This document shows, piece after piece, positions 45,869-55,859 of a stretch of DNA of 64,000 bases. The notes below the pieces were generated by a model, which had not been told where the DNA came from, ran no database searches, and was given only the letters and a program-made list of their open reading frames with translations. Each line of letters starts with the position of its first letter. Position 1 is the stretch's first letter. The translations under genes and the position numbers were made by a program. The stretch spans positions 9,323-73,322 of the forward strand of contig CACYXC010000010.1 of assembly GCA_902778285.1 (NCBI GenBank), written 5' to 3'. This stretch comes from Oscillospiraceae bacterium (GTDB lineage: Bacteria > Bacillota > Clostridia > Oscillospirales > Oscillospiraceae).

Positions 45869-48157
45869 ATGCGCGTCCTGGCCGTCATCTGCTTTTCGTT
45901 TTCTGCGGCCGTATTTGCCGCGGCTTTCCTCCTGCCTTTTTCGTTTCTTTTTCCTTTTGCCGGTGCTTTTCTGCTCTTTGGCGTCCTCGTCGTTTTGACG
46001 CGCAGAAAATGGCTCAGGCCGCTCGCGCTCTTCCTGCTTGCTGCGGCCTGCGGTTTTGCGTGGTTTGCATCGCACGATCTTTTCACTGTGGCCCGTGCGC
46101 GCGAGCTGCACGGGACCACGCGGCTCATCCATGCGACGGTTCTGGATTACCCGCTGGAGTCCTCCCATTACTGCCGCGTGACCGTATCGGCCGAGCTTGA
46201 AAACGGCAGAACGCTCGATGCGCTCGTCTATGACAATACAATGTCGCTGGCCAAAGCAAAACCCGGGGACCGCGTCTGCTTTGAGGCAAAGATTTCCTCA
46301 TCAGACATGCGTTACGGGGAGCCGTACGATGTATATATCGCGCGCGATATCTATCTGAAGCTCAACACCCGTTCCGAGGCGGTTTGGGAGCACCATGCGG
46401 GCGGATGGGCAAAGCTTCCCGTCAGGATCCAGCACGCGCTGATCGAGCGGATCCACGCAGTCTTTCCGGAGGACTGCACCGCGTTCATGAAATCGCTGAT
46501 GCTCGGCGACAAGAGCGATCTGTATCGCGACGAGGAGCTGTATTATTCCCTCAGCCGTGCCGGGAACATGCACGCGCTGGCGGTATCGGGCCTGCATATC
46601 GCGTTTCTCGTCGGCATGATCCAGCTCCTTTTCGGGAGAAGCCCCTTCGGATCGATCCTGTGTATTGTACTTGTATGGTGCTTTGTCCTGATCACCGGAG
46701 CCAGCCCCTCCGCTGTGCGCGCCGCCGTGATGCAGACGCTGCTGCTTCTGGCGCCGGTGCTCAGAAGAGAAAACGATCCGCCTACGACGATCTCCTTCGC
46801 ACTGGCCCTGATCCTTCTGCAGAACCCGCGCGCCGCCGCCAGCGTCAGTCTGCAGCTTTCCTTTGCTGCCATGGCCGGTATCCTCTGTTTTGGAAAAAAG
46901 CTGTACGGCCTGTTTATGGAACCCTTCCGCAAGGGTCTTGCAGGGAAGCTTCTGGCGGTCCCGGTCTCCGCTGCCGCAAGCTCGCTTGCGGTGCTGCCGT
47001 TCACGGTGCCGCTCATGGCGCTTCACTTCGGCTATATCCCGCTGCTTGCCCCGGTCACTTCGGTTTTGTGCTGTATTGCGATCTCCCTTTGCTTCTGCGG
47101 GGGATATCTGTCCTGTATCCTGTCTCTTTTGTCTTTCCCGCTCGGCTCTGCCCTGGCCTGGCCGACCGCCTGGCTTTCACGCTATATCGTCTGGATCTCC
47201 GGCGTGATCAAAGATGTTCCGTACTCGGTGCTGTATATCGATCTTCCATGGTGCGGCGTCTGGCTTTTCTGCGTATATCTGTTGTTCATCCTGTTTCGCT
47301 TCCTGCCGGTCAGGCGGGGAGCAAAGCCGCTCCTTCCGGCGGCGGCGGCGATCCTCTCGATGCTGCTGCTGTTGAATCTGACGCGCCTGCGTTATGAGAA
47401 GGCAGACGGCTGGTTCACCGCGCTGGACGTGGGGCAGGGACAATGCCTCTGCGCCATGTCCGGCGAGCAGACCGTGCTGATCGACTGCGGCAGTCAGTCC
47501 TCGCTTGACAATGTCGGCGAGCTTGCCGGGCGATATCTCATCGCCCGCGGCAGAGAGCAGATAGACGCGCTGATCCTGACTCATACGGACACCGATCACG
47601 TCAACGGTGTAAGCATGCTGATGGAGATGCTGCCGATCGAAAGGATCGTCGTCCCGCTCGGCGCGAAAGAATCGAACGGATACCTGCCTGCGATCCGCGA
47701 AAAGGCGGAACAGAAAGGGATCGACTTCGTGACGCTGGATCATGACATACAGCTTGTTTATGATGTGTTAACGCTCAATCTCTATGCGCCGCTGAATACG
47801 GGCGAACTCAAGGATACCGAGCTCTTTGCGGCGATCCATTTCGGTGACTACGACGTGCTCGTTACCGGAGACGCTTCCGCTCAGCTGGAGAGGCGATTTC
47901 TGAAACACGCAGAGCCTGAGGATTATGAGCTCCTGATCGTGGGCCATCACGGCTCGAAAAACTCCTCCAGTACGGAACTGCTCGAGTCCTGCGGCGCAGA
48001 TACCGCGATCATCAGCGTGGGCTACAATACCTACGGGCATCCCTCGCAGGAAACGCTTGAACGTTTGGCCGACTGCGGCTATAATGTGTATCGTACCGAT
48101 GAAGACGCGGACATTGAGATCCGCATAGAGGACGGCCATGGCGAAAAAGAACGCTAA
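45869..48157 (+). CDS. comEC: DNA internalization competence protein ComEC/Rec2
   Basis: 762 aa with polytopic competence-domain motifs (SLMLGDKS...SRAGNMHALAVSGLHIAFL) and a C-terminal metallo-beta-lactamase domain (THTDTDHVNG). Confidence 0.85.
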   Translation: MRVLAVICFSFSAAVFAAAFLLPFSFLFPFAGAFLLFGVLVVLTRRKWLRPLALFLLAAACGFAWFASHDLFTVARARELHGTTRLIHATVLDYPLESSHYCRVTVSAELENGRTLDALVYDNTMSLAKAKPGDRVCFEAKISSSDMRYGEPYDVYIARDIYLKLNTRSEAVWEHHAGGWAKLPVRIQHALIERIHAVFPEDCTAFMKSLMLGDKSDLYRDEELYYSLSRAGNMHALAVSGLHIAFLVGMIQLLFGRSPFGSILCIVLVWCFVLITGASPSAVRAAVMQTLLLLAPVLRRENDPPTTISFALALILLQNPRAAASVSLQLSFAAMAGILCFGKKLYGLFMEPFRKGLAGKLLAVPVSAAASSLAVLPFTVPLMALHFGYIPLLAPVTSVLCCIAISLCFCGGYLSCILSLLSFPLGSALAWPTAWLSRYIVWISGVIKDVPYSVLYIDLPWCGVWLFCVYLLFILFRFLPVRRGAKPLLPAAAAILSMLLLLNLTRLRYEKADGWFTALDVGQGQCLCAMSGEQTVLIDCGSQSSLDNVGELAGRYLIARGREQIDALILTHTDTDHVNGVSMLMEMLPIERIVVPLGAKESNGYLPAIREKAEQKGIDFVTLDHDIQLVYDVLTLNLYAPLNTGELKDTELFAAIHFGDYDVLVTGDASAQLERRFLKHAEPEDYELLIVGHHGSKNSSSTELLESCGADTAIISVGYNTYGHPSQETLERLADCGYNVYRTDEDADIEIRIEDGHGEKER

Positions 48158-49187
48158 AGAGGAAACAAAACTGAATTACAGCGCAGAGGTCCGCAGCCTG
48201 AAAGAGCGCGGGCCGGAGTCGCTGTATCTTCTCTGGGGGCCCGAGGACTATCTGCGCGAGCAGTTTCTGAATGAGCTGAAGAAAGCATGCCTGCCGGAAG
48301 GGGAGGACAGCTTCAGCTTCAAGCGTCTCAACGGTCCGGAGCTGGACGCACAGGAGCTGCAGGCGGCGATCGATTCCGTGCCCTTTCTCACGGAGCGCAG
48401 CTTTGTCGAGATCCGGGATGCGGATCTCAACCGCCTGAAAGAGCCGGAAAGAGTCCTCAAAGCTTTGCAGGATATTCCGGACTACTGCACGGTTGCCTTC
48501 GTCCAGAACGCACAGTACGAACCGGACGGACGGATAAAACTGATCAAAGGGATCCGCTCCAACGGCCGGGACATGAAGTTTACGCAGGCTCCGCAGGGCC
48601 AGCTGATCGACTGGGTGAGGCGCCGCTTCGCCGCGCATGGGAAAGGAATCGAACTCGAGACCGTCCAGCGCCTGATCCTGATCAGCGGCGACCTGATGAA
48701 CAGGCTGATCCCGGAGATCGACAAGATCTCTGCCTACGCGAAGGGCGACAGGGTCACCGTCGAGGATGTGGAGGCGGTGGCGAGCCATGTCCCTGAGGCC
48801 GACATTTTTGAAATGACAGACTGCATCGCACAGCACAGGACAAACGCTGCACTCTCTGTCTTATCCGAGCTGCTCGCGGACAGGAACAACGAACCTATCC
48901 CCATTCTGGCCATGCTCTCTGTTCAGATGCGCAGGCTGTATATCGCCCGCCTTGCTGCCGAGCGCGGGCTCGGCGCCAAATATGTTACGGAAGCCTGCGG
49001 TCTGAAATATGATTTCATCGCGTCAAAGCTCCTGAAATCCGCCAGAGGCTTTACGCTCCCGCAGCTGAAATCGGCAGTTGAGATCTGCGCGGATGCGGAC
49101 TATAAAATCAAAAGCAGTTCCCTGGATGACAGGGAACTGCTGATCGAGACGGTGCTGCGGATCGCGGCGGGGGAAGAACATGCGTAA
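48138..49187 (+). CDS. holA: DNA polymerase III subunit delta
   Basis: 349 aa, ...LYLLWGPEDYL... Conserved position after comEC. Confidence 0.8.
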   Translation: MAKKNAKEETKLNYSAEVRSLKERGPESLYLLWGPEDYLREQFLNELKKACLPEGEDSFSFKRLNGPELDAQELQAAIDSVPFLTERSFVEIRDADLNRLKEPERVLKALQDIPDYCTVAFVQNAQYEPDGRIKLIKGIRSNGRDMKFTQAPQGQLIDWVRRRFAAHGKGIELETVQRLILISGDLMNRLIPEIDKISAYAKGDRVTVEDVEAVASHVPEADIFEMTDCIAQHRTNAALSVLSELLADRNNEPIPILAMLSVQMRRLYIARLAAERGLGAKYVTEACGLKYDFIASKLLKSARGFTLPQLKSAVEICADADYKIKSSSLDDRELLIETVLRIAAGEEHA

Positions 49188-49791
49188 GCTCCGTGAAGTC
49201 GTCGTGGTCGAGGGCCGTTATGACAAGAATGCGCTCAGTCAGGTCGTGGACGCGGTGATCCTCGAGACCGCAGGCTTCGGCGTCTTCAACGACAGGCAGA
49301 AGCAGGCGCTCCTGCGGACCATGGCAGAAAAGCGCGGCCTGATCGTACTGACCGATCCCGACGGCGCAGGTTTTGTCATCCGCAATTTCATACGCTCCTG
49401 CGTGCCCGCGGCGCAGGTCAAGCACGCCTATATCCCGGACCGCAGCGGCAAAGAGCGGCGCAAGAAGAAGGCGTCAAAGGAAGGAAAGCTCGGCGTGGAG
49501 GGCATGCGCCCGGAGACCCTGCTGGATGCGCTCGTCCGCGCGGGAGCCACGTTTGAAGTTGAGGCCCCCGGCGGAGATGCCGCAGAACCGATCACGAAAA
49601 CGGATCTTTTTGCAAAAGGCCTCAGCGGGGGAGAGCACAGCAGGGAAAAGCGGCTGGCGCTGATCCGCCTGCTCGACCTTCCGGAGCACCTTTCGGCAAA
49701 CGCCCTGCTGGACGTACTCAACGCGCTGATGAGCCGTGAGGAGTTTATCGCGCTCGACCTGCCATATCCTCCACGCAGGGGGGAAGAATGA
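49180..49791 (+). CDS. Toprim-domain protein (RNase M5 / DUF4093-like)
   Basis: MRKLREVVVVEGRYDKNAL...LTDPDGAGFVIRNF... Confidence 0.7.
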   Translation: MRKLREVVVVEGRYDKNALSQVVDAVILETAGFGVFNDRQKQALLRTMAEKRGLIVLTDPDGAGFVIRNFIRSCVPAAQVKHAYIPDRSGKERRKKKASKEGKLGVEGMRPETLLDALVRAGATFEVEAPGGDAAEPITKTDLFAKGLSGGEHSREKRLALIRLLDLPEHLSANALLDVLNALMSREEFIALDLPYPPRRGEE

Positions 49792-50002
49792 CGGCGCCGA
49801 GCAGCGAAAGCTGCGCCATCTCCTGCAGCGCTGCAGACAGCTGAAAGAAGCGAAAGTTTTTTATGTAGTCGCCGTCCCAGGCGATCAGCAGCAGCGCGGC
49901 GCATACGAGCAGAAAACAACTCATCTGCAGACAGCGGAGAAAAATCCGCCAGGCTGCCGGACACATCTGTAGCATTCTGCGGACAGGCGCGGGGGTCTTC
50001 AT
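49745..50002 (-). CDS. Hypothetical small membrane protein (85 aa), low confidence
   Basis: ATG 50002 lies 6 nt behind GAGGTG. One TM segment (MSCFLLVCAALLLIAW). It overlaps the 3' end of the convergent Toprim gene by 47 nt. No family recognised. Confidence 0.3.
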   Translation of the reverse strand: MKTPAPVRRMLQMCPAAWRIFLRCLQMSCFLLVCAALLLIAWDGDYIKNFRFFQLSAALQEMAQLSLLGAVILPPCVEDMAGRAR

Positions 50003-50089
50003 GGGCGTCACCTCATGACGATTCTAATGCGTCAAATCACGGAATGCAAGCGGTATATCCTGCCATTATCGATTGCGTTCTATTCATTA

Positions 50090-50118
50090 TTGACATTTTA
50101 AGTGTGCTGGACTATAAT
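50090..50118 (+). promoter_or_regulatory. Sigma-A promoter of the ABC importer operon
   Basis: TTGACA (50090..50095), 17 nt, TATAAT (50113..50118). Confidence 0.7.
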
Positions 50119-50208
50119 ATTTTTTGTTAAAAACGTTGAAGCTTGTTCAGCGTTTTTATCATGTATTTCACGGCCGAAGGCCGTCGAAAAAAACAAGGAG
50201 GAAACAAA

Positions 50209-51384
50209 ATGAAAAAGCTCATTGCTCTGCTTCTGGCGATGATCATGGTGTTCGCGCTTGCCGCCTGCGGCAAGACCGCCGCCCCTGCTCCCACCGAAGC
50301 GCCCGCTGCGGAGGCTCCTGCTGAGGAAGCGGCTCCCGCCGAAGAACCCGCCGAGCTCGACCCGATGGCCGCACTCGTCGAAGCCGCAAAGGCTGACGGA
50401 GAACTGGTCGTCTACGGCTCCTGCGAGGAAGAGTACCTCGCCGCTGCCTGCGAGAACTTTGAAAAGCTCTACGGCATCAAGACTACCTATCAGCGTCTGT
50501 CTACCGGTGAAGTCCCCGCCAAGATTGAGGAGGAGAACGGCAATCCCTCTGCCGACGTCTGGTTCGGCGGCACGAATAACCCCTATGACGGCCTGGCCGC
50601 CAAAGGCTTCCTGGACAACTCCTATGTCCCCATGAATGCCGAGCACCTCACCAAGGACATCTACAAGGATCCCAACGGCTACTGGTACGGCATCTACACC
50701 GGCCTGCTCGGCTTTATGGTCAATACCGACGAGCTGGGCCGCCTTGGCCTCGAGGCTCCCAAGAGCTGGGATGACCTGCTCAAGGAAGAGTACAAGGGTC
50801 TGATCTGGCTGTCCAACTACAAGACTGCCGGCACGCCGAAACTGGTCGCCAACCTCATGATCCAGCTCAAGGGCCATGACGAGGGCATCCAGTACCTGGT
50901 AGACCTTGACAAGAACGTTCAGGTTTACACCAAATCCGGCTCCGGCCCGTCCAAGAACGTCGGCACCGGCGAGTGTGTCATCGGTATCGGCTTCCTGCAT
51001 GACGGCATCACCCAGATCCTCGACAACGGCTACGAGAACGTCGCGCTGGTCGTTCCCTCTGACGGCACCGCCTGCGAGGTCGGCCCTGTCGCGATCTTCA
51101 AGGGCGCCAAGCACATGAACGCCGCGAAGCTCTTCATGGAGTATGCACTGAGTCCCGACTGTGTTGAGCTTGCCGCCCAGCACGGCTCCTATCAGTTCCT
51201 GGTCATCGACAATGCCAAGCAGCCCGAGGCTGCCGCGCAGTTCGGCCTCGATCCCAGCCTCGTGTGGGATGGCTATGACTTTGCCAAAGCCGCTTCCGAC
51301 ACCGAGCAGAATGTGACCGACGTCATGGATGCGATCGCCGCCTCCGGCGCTGACACCGGCGCGGATCGTTTCAAGACCGAGTAA
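50209..51384 (+). CDS. ABC transporter substrate-binding lipoprotein (Fe3+/FbpA-AfuA-like family)
   Basis: MKKLIALLLAMIMVFALAACGK (lipobox LAAC), an Ala/Pro/Glu-rich linker, then a family-1 solute-binding fold. The substrate is an inference. Confidence 0.75.
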   Translation: MKKLIALLLAMIMVFALAACGKTAAPAPTEAPAAEAPAEEAAPAEEPAELDPMAALVEAAKADGELVVYGSCEEEYLAAACENFEKLYGIKTTYQRLSTGEVPAKIEEENGNPSADVWFGGTNNPYDGLAAKGFLDNSYVPMNAEHLTKDIYKDPNGYWYGIYTGLLGFMVNTDELGRLGLEAPKSWDDLLKEEYKGLIWLSNYKTAGTPKLVANLMIQLKGHDEGIQYLVDLDKNVQVYTKSGSGPSKNVGTGECVIGIGFLHDGITQILDNGYENVALVVPSDGTACEVGPVAIFKGAKHMNAAKLFMEYALSPDCVELAAQHGSYQFLVIDNAKQPEAAAQFGLDPSLVWDGYDFAKAASDTEQNVTDVMDAIAASGADTGADRFKTE

Positions 51385-51400
51385 TTCAGCTGGTCCACCG

Positions 51401-51434
51401 CAAGGATGGCGGGTCTCCCGCCATCCTTGTTTTA
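51401..51434 (+). terminator. Intra-operon terminator or attenuating hairpin after the binding-protein gene
   Basis: CAAGGATGGCGGG-TCT-CCCGCCATCCTTG followed by TTTT. Confidence 0.65.
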
Positions 51435-51463
51435 TCAATACCCGGACGAAAGGAGCAGTTTTT

Positions 51464-53173
51464 ATGGCAAGAAGCCAGGGCGCGGCGCTGGACAGAAAAA
51501 AATTGATGGCTGACCCCATCATGGTCACTACTATCGTCGTGCTGATCACATTTTTGACCCTGTTTATCCTGTATCCTTTGGCGATCCTGCTGGTGGACAG
51601 CTTTGTGGGGGACGGGAGCTTTGGCTTCAGTATCTTCAAGCGCATCTTCGCGATGCCCTCCTTTACCCGCGCCATCACGAACACGCTGAAGGTCGGTTTC
51701 GTCGTCGGCATCTTCTCCACTTTTATTGGCCTGCTATTCGCCTATGTGGAGGTCTATGTCCGCCTGAACCGCTTCGTCGGCGGCCTGTTCAAGGTCGTCT
51801 CGATGCTGCCGGTCGTGTCTCCGCCTTTCGTGCTGTCCTTGTCGATGATCATGCTCTTCGGCAAGGCTGGCATCATCACGCGCTTCCTGCTGCATATCTA
51901 CGACAACAGCGTGTACGGCTACTGGGGCATTGTGATCGTGCAGACGCTGACCTTCTTCCCGGTCTGCTACATGATGCTCAAGGGCCTTTTGAAGAATATT
52001 GACCCTTCGCTCGAGGAGGCGGCCCGCGATATGGGGGCCGGCCGATGGAAAGTGTTCATGGACGTGACGCTGCCGCTGATGCTGCCCGGTCTCGGCAACG
52101 CTTTTCTCGTGACCTTTATCGAGTCCATCGCCGACTTTGCCAACCCCATGATCATCGGCGGATCGTACGACACGCTGGCAACGACGATCTATCTGCAGAT
52201 CACCGGCGCCTATGACAAGGCCGGCGCCGCGGCGATGGCCGTGGTGCTGCTGTGCATCACGCTGTTCATGTTTGCGGTGCAGAAGTATTATCTCGAAGCC
52301 AAGACCGCAGCAACGCTCACAGGCAAAGCTTCCCGTGCACGCATGCTGATCGAGGACAAGAGCGTGAAGATCCCGCTCACGATCCTCTGCTCCCTCGGCG
52401 CCCTGTTTGTCATCATGATGTACATCTGCGTGCCGATCGGCGCCTGTTTCCCGACCTGGGGCTACAAGTTCTTCCCCCTCACAGGCAAGTGGTTCAGCCA
52501 GGTATTTACGCGCTACCACGGCTTTAAGGCCTTTAAGGATTCCTTTGTGCTCTCTCTGATCGCCGCTCCCGTCACGGCCCTGCTGAGCATGATCATCTCT
52601 TATCTGGTCGTCAAGCGCAAGTTCAGGGCCAAGGGCTTTATCGAAGCTGTCTCCATGCTGGCCATGGCCGTGCCCGGCACGGTCCTCGGCGTCGGCTACA
52701 TCCGCGGCTTCTCCGGCGGCCTGTTCCACACCGGTATCCTGCAGGGTATCTACGGCACGGGCCTGATCCTGATCATCGTCTTCGTGGTCCGCTCGCTGCC
52801 CACCGGTACGCGCAGCGGCATCTCGGCGCTGCGGCAGATCGACAAGTCCATCGAGGAATCCGCCTACGACATGGGCGCGGACAGCTTCAAGGTCTTTATG
52901 ACGGTGACGCTGCCGCTGATCAAGGATTCCTTCCTCTCCGGTCTTGTGACCGCCTTTGTGCGCAGCATCACCGCTATCTCCGCCATCATCCTACTGGTGA
53001 CGCCGTCCTATCTGCTCATCACCGTTCAGATCAACGAGTTTGCAGAGAAGGGCGCGTTCAGCCTGGCCTGCGCGTTTGCCACGATCCTGATCATCATTAC
53101 CTACGGCGCCGTGCTGCTGATGAACCTGTTTATCAAATACTTTGGTACCAGCAGAAAAATAAAGGAGGAATAA
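51464..53173 (+). CDS. ABC transporter permease, duplicated (FbpB-like) type
   Basis: 569 aa with two tandem permease halves, each carrying an EAA-like loop (LEEAARDMGAG / IEESAYDMGAD). Confidence 0.8.
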   Translation: MARSQGAALDRKKLMADPIMVTTIVVLITFLTLFILYPLAILLVDSFVGDGSFGFSIFKRIFAMPSFTRAITNTLKVGFVVGIFSTFIGLLFAYVEVYVRLNRFVGGLFKVVSMLPVVSPPFVLSLSMIMLFGKAGIITRFLLHIYDNSVYGYWGIVIVQTLTFFPVCYMMLKGLLKNIDPSLEEAARDMGAGRWKVFMDVTLPLMLPGLGNAFLVTFIESIADFANPMIIGGSYDTLATTIYLQITGAYDKAGAAAMAVVLLCITLFMFAVQKYYLEAKTAATLTGKASRARMLIEDKSVKIPLTILCSLGALFVIMMYICVPIGACFPTWGYKFFPLTGKWFSQVFTRYHGFKAFKDSFVLSLIAAPVTALLSMIISYLVVKRKFRAKGFIEAVSMLAMAVPGTVLGVGYIRGFSGGLFHTGILQGIYGTGLILIIVFVVRSLPTGTRSGISALRQIDKSIEESAYDMGADSFKVFMTVTLPLIKDSFLSGLVTAFVRSITAISAIILLVTPSYLLITVQINEFAEKGAFSLACAFATILIIITYGAVLLMNLFIKYFGTSRKIKEE

Positions 53174-53176
53174 GCC

Positions 53177-54253
53177 ATGGAAAAAGTGAAAAAAGGCGTC
53201 CGCCTGGAGCATATTTCCAAGATCTATCAGGACCCGAAAACCGGGAAGGATTTCTACGCCGTCAAGGATACCTCGCTGACCATTGAGCCCGGCTCCTTTG
53301 TGACGCTGCTGGGTCCTTCCGGCTGCGGCAAGACCACGACGCTGCGCATGATTGCCGGCTTTGAAAGCCCGGACGAGGGGGAGATCTACCTCGGCGACGA
53401 ACCGATCAATGAGCTGACGCCGAACAAGCGCGATACTGCCATGGTCTTCCAGAGCTATGCGCTGCTGCCGCACTACAATGTATACGACAACGTTGCCTAT
53501 GGTCTGAAGCTGCGCAAGGTGCCCAAGGAAGAGATCAGAGAGCGCGTCATGCGCATCCTGAAGCTTGTCGAGCTGGAGGGCATGGAGGCTCGCATGACGA
53601 ATCAGCTCTCCGGCGGCCAGCAGCAGCGCGTCGCGTTGGCCCGTGCGCTGGTGATCGAGCCTTCGGTCCTGCTTTTTGACGAGCCGCTTTCAAATTTGGA
53701 CGCAAAGCTGCGCGTATCCATGCGTACTGAGATCCGTCGAATCCAACAGGAGGTCGGCATTACCGCGATCTATGTCACGCATGACCAGTCCGAGGCCATG
53801 GCGCTGTCCGACAAGATCATCATCATGAACAAGGGTTTTGTCGCCCAGATGGGTACGCCGCAGGAGATCTACTATCACCCGGTGGACGAGTTCGTGGCCG
53901 ACTTCATCGGCGAGGCCAATTTCCTGCGCGGCGAGATGCTGGGCAGAAGCGGCGATACTGTCAGGCTGAACGTCGAAGGCAACGAATTGCTCGTTCCCGG
54001 CAGAGGCGATATGGAGGCGGGGAAAGAGTATACCGTCGTCCTGCGTCCTGAAGCGGCAACGCTTGCCGACGAGGGCGGCCTGCCCTGTCGGGTTGTCCTG
54101 TCCTGCTTTATGGGCTCCTACCAGAATTATCACGTTATGGTCGGCGATACGCTTGTCAAGCTGGAAGAACATAACCCGAAGAACAAGCACATCTATCAGG
54201 TCGGCGACGAATGCTCTCTGGTATTCGCGGCTGAGTCGGTGCATGTTCTGTAG
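53177..54253 (+). CDS. ABC transporter ATP-binding protein (FbpC/PotA-like)
   Basis: Walker A GPSGCGKTT, signature LSGGQQQRVALARAL, Walker B LLFDEPLSNLD, and a C-terminal TOBE-like domain. Confidence 0.9.
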   Translation: MEKVKKGVRLEHISKIYQDPKTGKDFYAVKDTSLTIEPGSFVTLLGPSGCGKTTTLRMIAGFESPDEGEIYLGDEPINELTPNKRDTAMVFQSYALLPHYNVYDNVAYGLKLRKVPKEEIRERVMRILKLVELEGMEARMTNQLSGGQQQRVALARALVIEPSVLLFDEPLSNLDAKLRVSMRTEIRRIQQEVGITAIYVTHDQSEAMALSDKIIIMNKGFVAQMGTPQEIYYHPVDEFVADFIGEANFLRGEMLGRSGDTVRLNVEGNELLVPGRGDMEAGKEYTVVLRPEAATLADEGGLPCRVVLSCFMGSYQNYHVMVGDTLVKLEEHNPKNKHIYQVGDECSLVFAAESVHVL

Positions 54254-54284
54254 CAGATTGGAAAGACAACTGGGGAGGCACGTT

Positions 54285-54381
54285 TTCGCAGATATTGTAA
54301 CGCGAGAGGGGATAACCAATCCCCTCTCGCACTCTCCTCATGCACATCCAGGCCTGTCTCACGGGCTTCATTTACATTCTG
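54285..54381 (-). mobile_element. MITE-like structured repeat, copy G (degenerate, truncated)
   Basis: CGCGAGAGGGGATAACCAATCCCCTCTCGCACTCTCCTCATGCACATCCAGGCC...TTCATTTACATTCTG aligns to the core and the 5' end of the family. The 3' palindrome and the flanking hairpin duplication are missing. Confidence 0.55.
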
Positions 54382-54485
54382 GAGAGGATACATGCTTGTG
54401 AGTCCCCATTGAGATCGTTGAATTTTGAAACGAGAAAGCGTAAACTATATTTCATAAAAGGACGTACAGCTCGGAGGACAACGGA

Positions 54486-55379
54486 ATGCATTTCGTGGAT
54501 GCAAAACATTTGCTGACCGGCAGCGGGGGACATTACGGGATGAATATCTACCGCGGTTGTACGCATGGCTGCATCTATTGTGACAGCAGGAGCCGCTGCT
54601 ATCAGTTCACACATCTGTTCGAGGACGTCGAGGTGAAGCGTAACGCACCGCAGCTGTTGGACAGTGAACTTCGCTCTAAGAGAAAACGCTGCATGATCGG
54701 GACCGGCTCCATGTCTGACCCCTACATGCACTGTGAGGAACAGCTCAGGCTGACCAGACAGTGCCTGGAGATCATCTTGAAGCATGGATTCGGAGCCGCA
54801 GTTCAGACAAAATCGGATCGTATCCTGCAGGATATCGACCTTCTGGAGGAAATCAACAAAAGTTCGCGCTGCGTCGTGCAGATGACGCTCACCACATACG
54901 ACGATGAGCTTTGCGGGATCGTCGAGCCGAATGTATGCAGCACGCGCCAGCGTATCCAGGTCCTGGAGAAGATGCGGGAAAGAGGCATCCCGACCGTCGT
55001 TTGGCTGACGCCCATTCTCCCGTTCATCAACGACACCGAGAGCAATATCATGCCCATTCTGCGGGAATGCGCACGTGTCGGGGTAAGGGGGATCATCTGC
55101 TTCGACATGGGCCTTACGCTGCGCGAGGGAGACAGAGAATACTATTATGCGGCGCTGGACAGGCATTTCCCCGGCCTCAAACAGCAATATATCGAGCGAT
55201 ACGGAAATGCGTACGAGGTTCTGAGCCCGAACGCGGAAGCTCTGATGCGGCTGTTCAGAAGCTTCTGTCAGAAAAACGGGATTCTTTCTTTGCCCGATGA
55301 GTGTTTTGCCTTTCTGCATGCGTTTCCAGACAAATACGAGCAGATCGATCTGTTTTCAGCAGATGCGGGCAAGAACTGA
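54486..55379 (+). CDS. Radical SAM protein (SplB/COG1533-like)
   Basis: A CTHGCIYC (CxxxCxxC) cluster near the N-terminus, in a 297-aa protein. Confidence 0.75.
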   Translation: MHFVDAKHLLTGSGGHYGMNIYRGCTHGCIYCDSRSRCYQFTHLFEDVEVKRNAPQLLDSELRSKRKRCMIGTGSMSDPYMHCEEQLRLTRQCLEIILKHGFGAAVQTKSDRILQDIDLLEEINKSSRCVVQMTLTTYDDELCGIVEPNVCSTRQRIQVLEKMRERGIPTVVWLTPILPFINDTESNIMPILRECARVGVRGIICFDMGLTLREGDREYYYAALDRHFPGLKQQYIERYGNAYEVLSPNAEALMRLFRSFCQKNGILSLPDECFAFLHAFPDKYEQIDLFSADAGKN

Positions 55380-55395
55380 GTATACTGGAATGAAA

Positions 55396-55432
55396 GCGCC
55401 GGCGGCTGCAGACCGCCGGCGTTTTCATTTTT
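55396..55432 (+). terminator. Terminator after the radical SAM gene
   Basis: GCGCCGGCGG-CTGCAGA-CCGCCGGCG followed by TTTTCATTTTT. Confidence 0.8.
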
Positions 55433-55580
55433 AAGACAGGCATGAAATATTCACAGCCTGTCTATCATTTGCTTGATGGCTGTGGTATAATCAACAAACG
55501 ATCATCTGCTCGTGCGCACGCTGATTCGATGCAGCGCGAGGATTCGCATGGATTTGACAATCTTTGCAAAAAGCCGCCGC

Positions 55581-55622
55581 AAAAAAACAAAATCGGAGCC
55601 CAGCGAAGCGGGTCCGATTTTT
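55581..55622 (-). terminator. Terminator downstream of tRNA-Arg
   Basis: Minus strand: AAAATCGGACCCGCTTCGCTGGGCTCCGATTTT followed by GTTTTTTT. Confidence 0.7.
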
Positions 55623-55710
55623 AAGAAGGAAGAAGGAGACTGCGGATATAGAGCTTTCGCGGCACTTACGGGAACCGCGGAAGCGGAATGGAGCAGGCTT
55701 CTTCTGACAT

Positions 55711-55787
55711 TGGCACCCACGAGAGGATTCGAACCTCCGACCTGCCGCTTAGGAGGCGGCCGCTCTATCCTGCTGAGCTACGTGGGC
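55711..55787 (-). tRNA. tRNA-Arg (anticodon CCU), CCA encoded
   Basis: Reverse complement: GCCCACGTAGCTCAGCAGGATAGAGCGGCCGCCTCCTAAGCGGCAGGTCGGAGGTTCGAATCCTCTCGTGGGTGCCA. I folded the cloverleaf by hand: 7-bp acceptor stem, GCTC/GAGC D stem, GCCGC/GCGGC anticodon stem with loop CTCCTAA, and GGAGG-TTCGAAT-CCTCT T arm. Confidence 0.9.
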
Positions 55788-55805
55788 GTATTCACGAGCT
55801 TAGCC

Positions 55806-55834
55806 ATTGTACTCCAGAATTTCCTTCATGTCAA
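55806..55834 (-). promoter_or_regulatory. Sigma-A promoter of tRNA-Arg
   Basis: Minus strand: TTGACA (55834..55829), 17 nt, TACAAT (55811..55806), about 18 nt upstream of the tRNA 5' end. Confidence 0.7.
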
Positions 55835-55859
55835 CCAATACTCCTCGGAAGGACCCGTT

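Noticed and set aside
55512-55859. N-terminal extension of the MacB-like ORF (track start 55512).
   Set aside because: The extension reads through the antisense of tRNA-Arg and its promoter and terminator, and has no ABC-protein similarity. The canonical N-terminus MLKLKDIKKDY begins at 55860.
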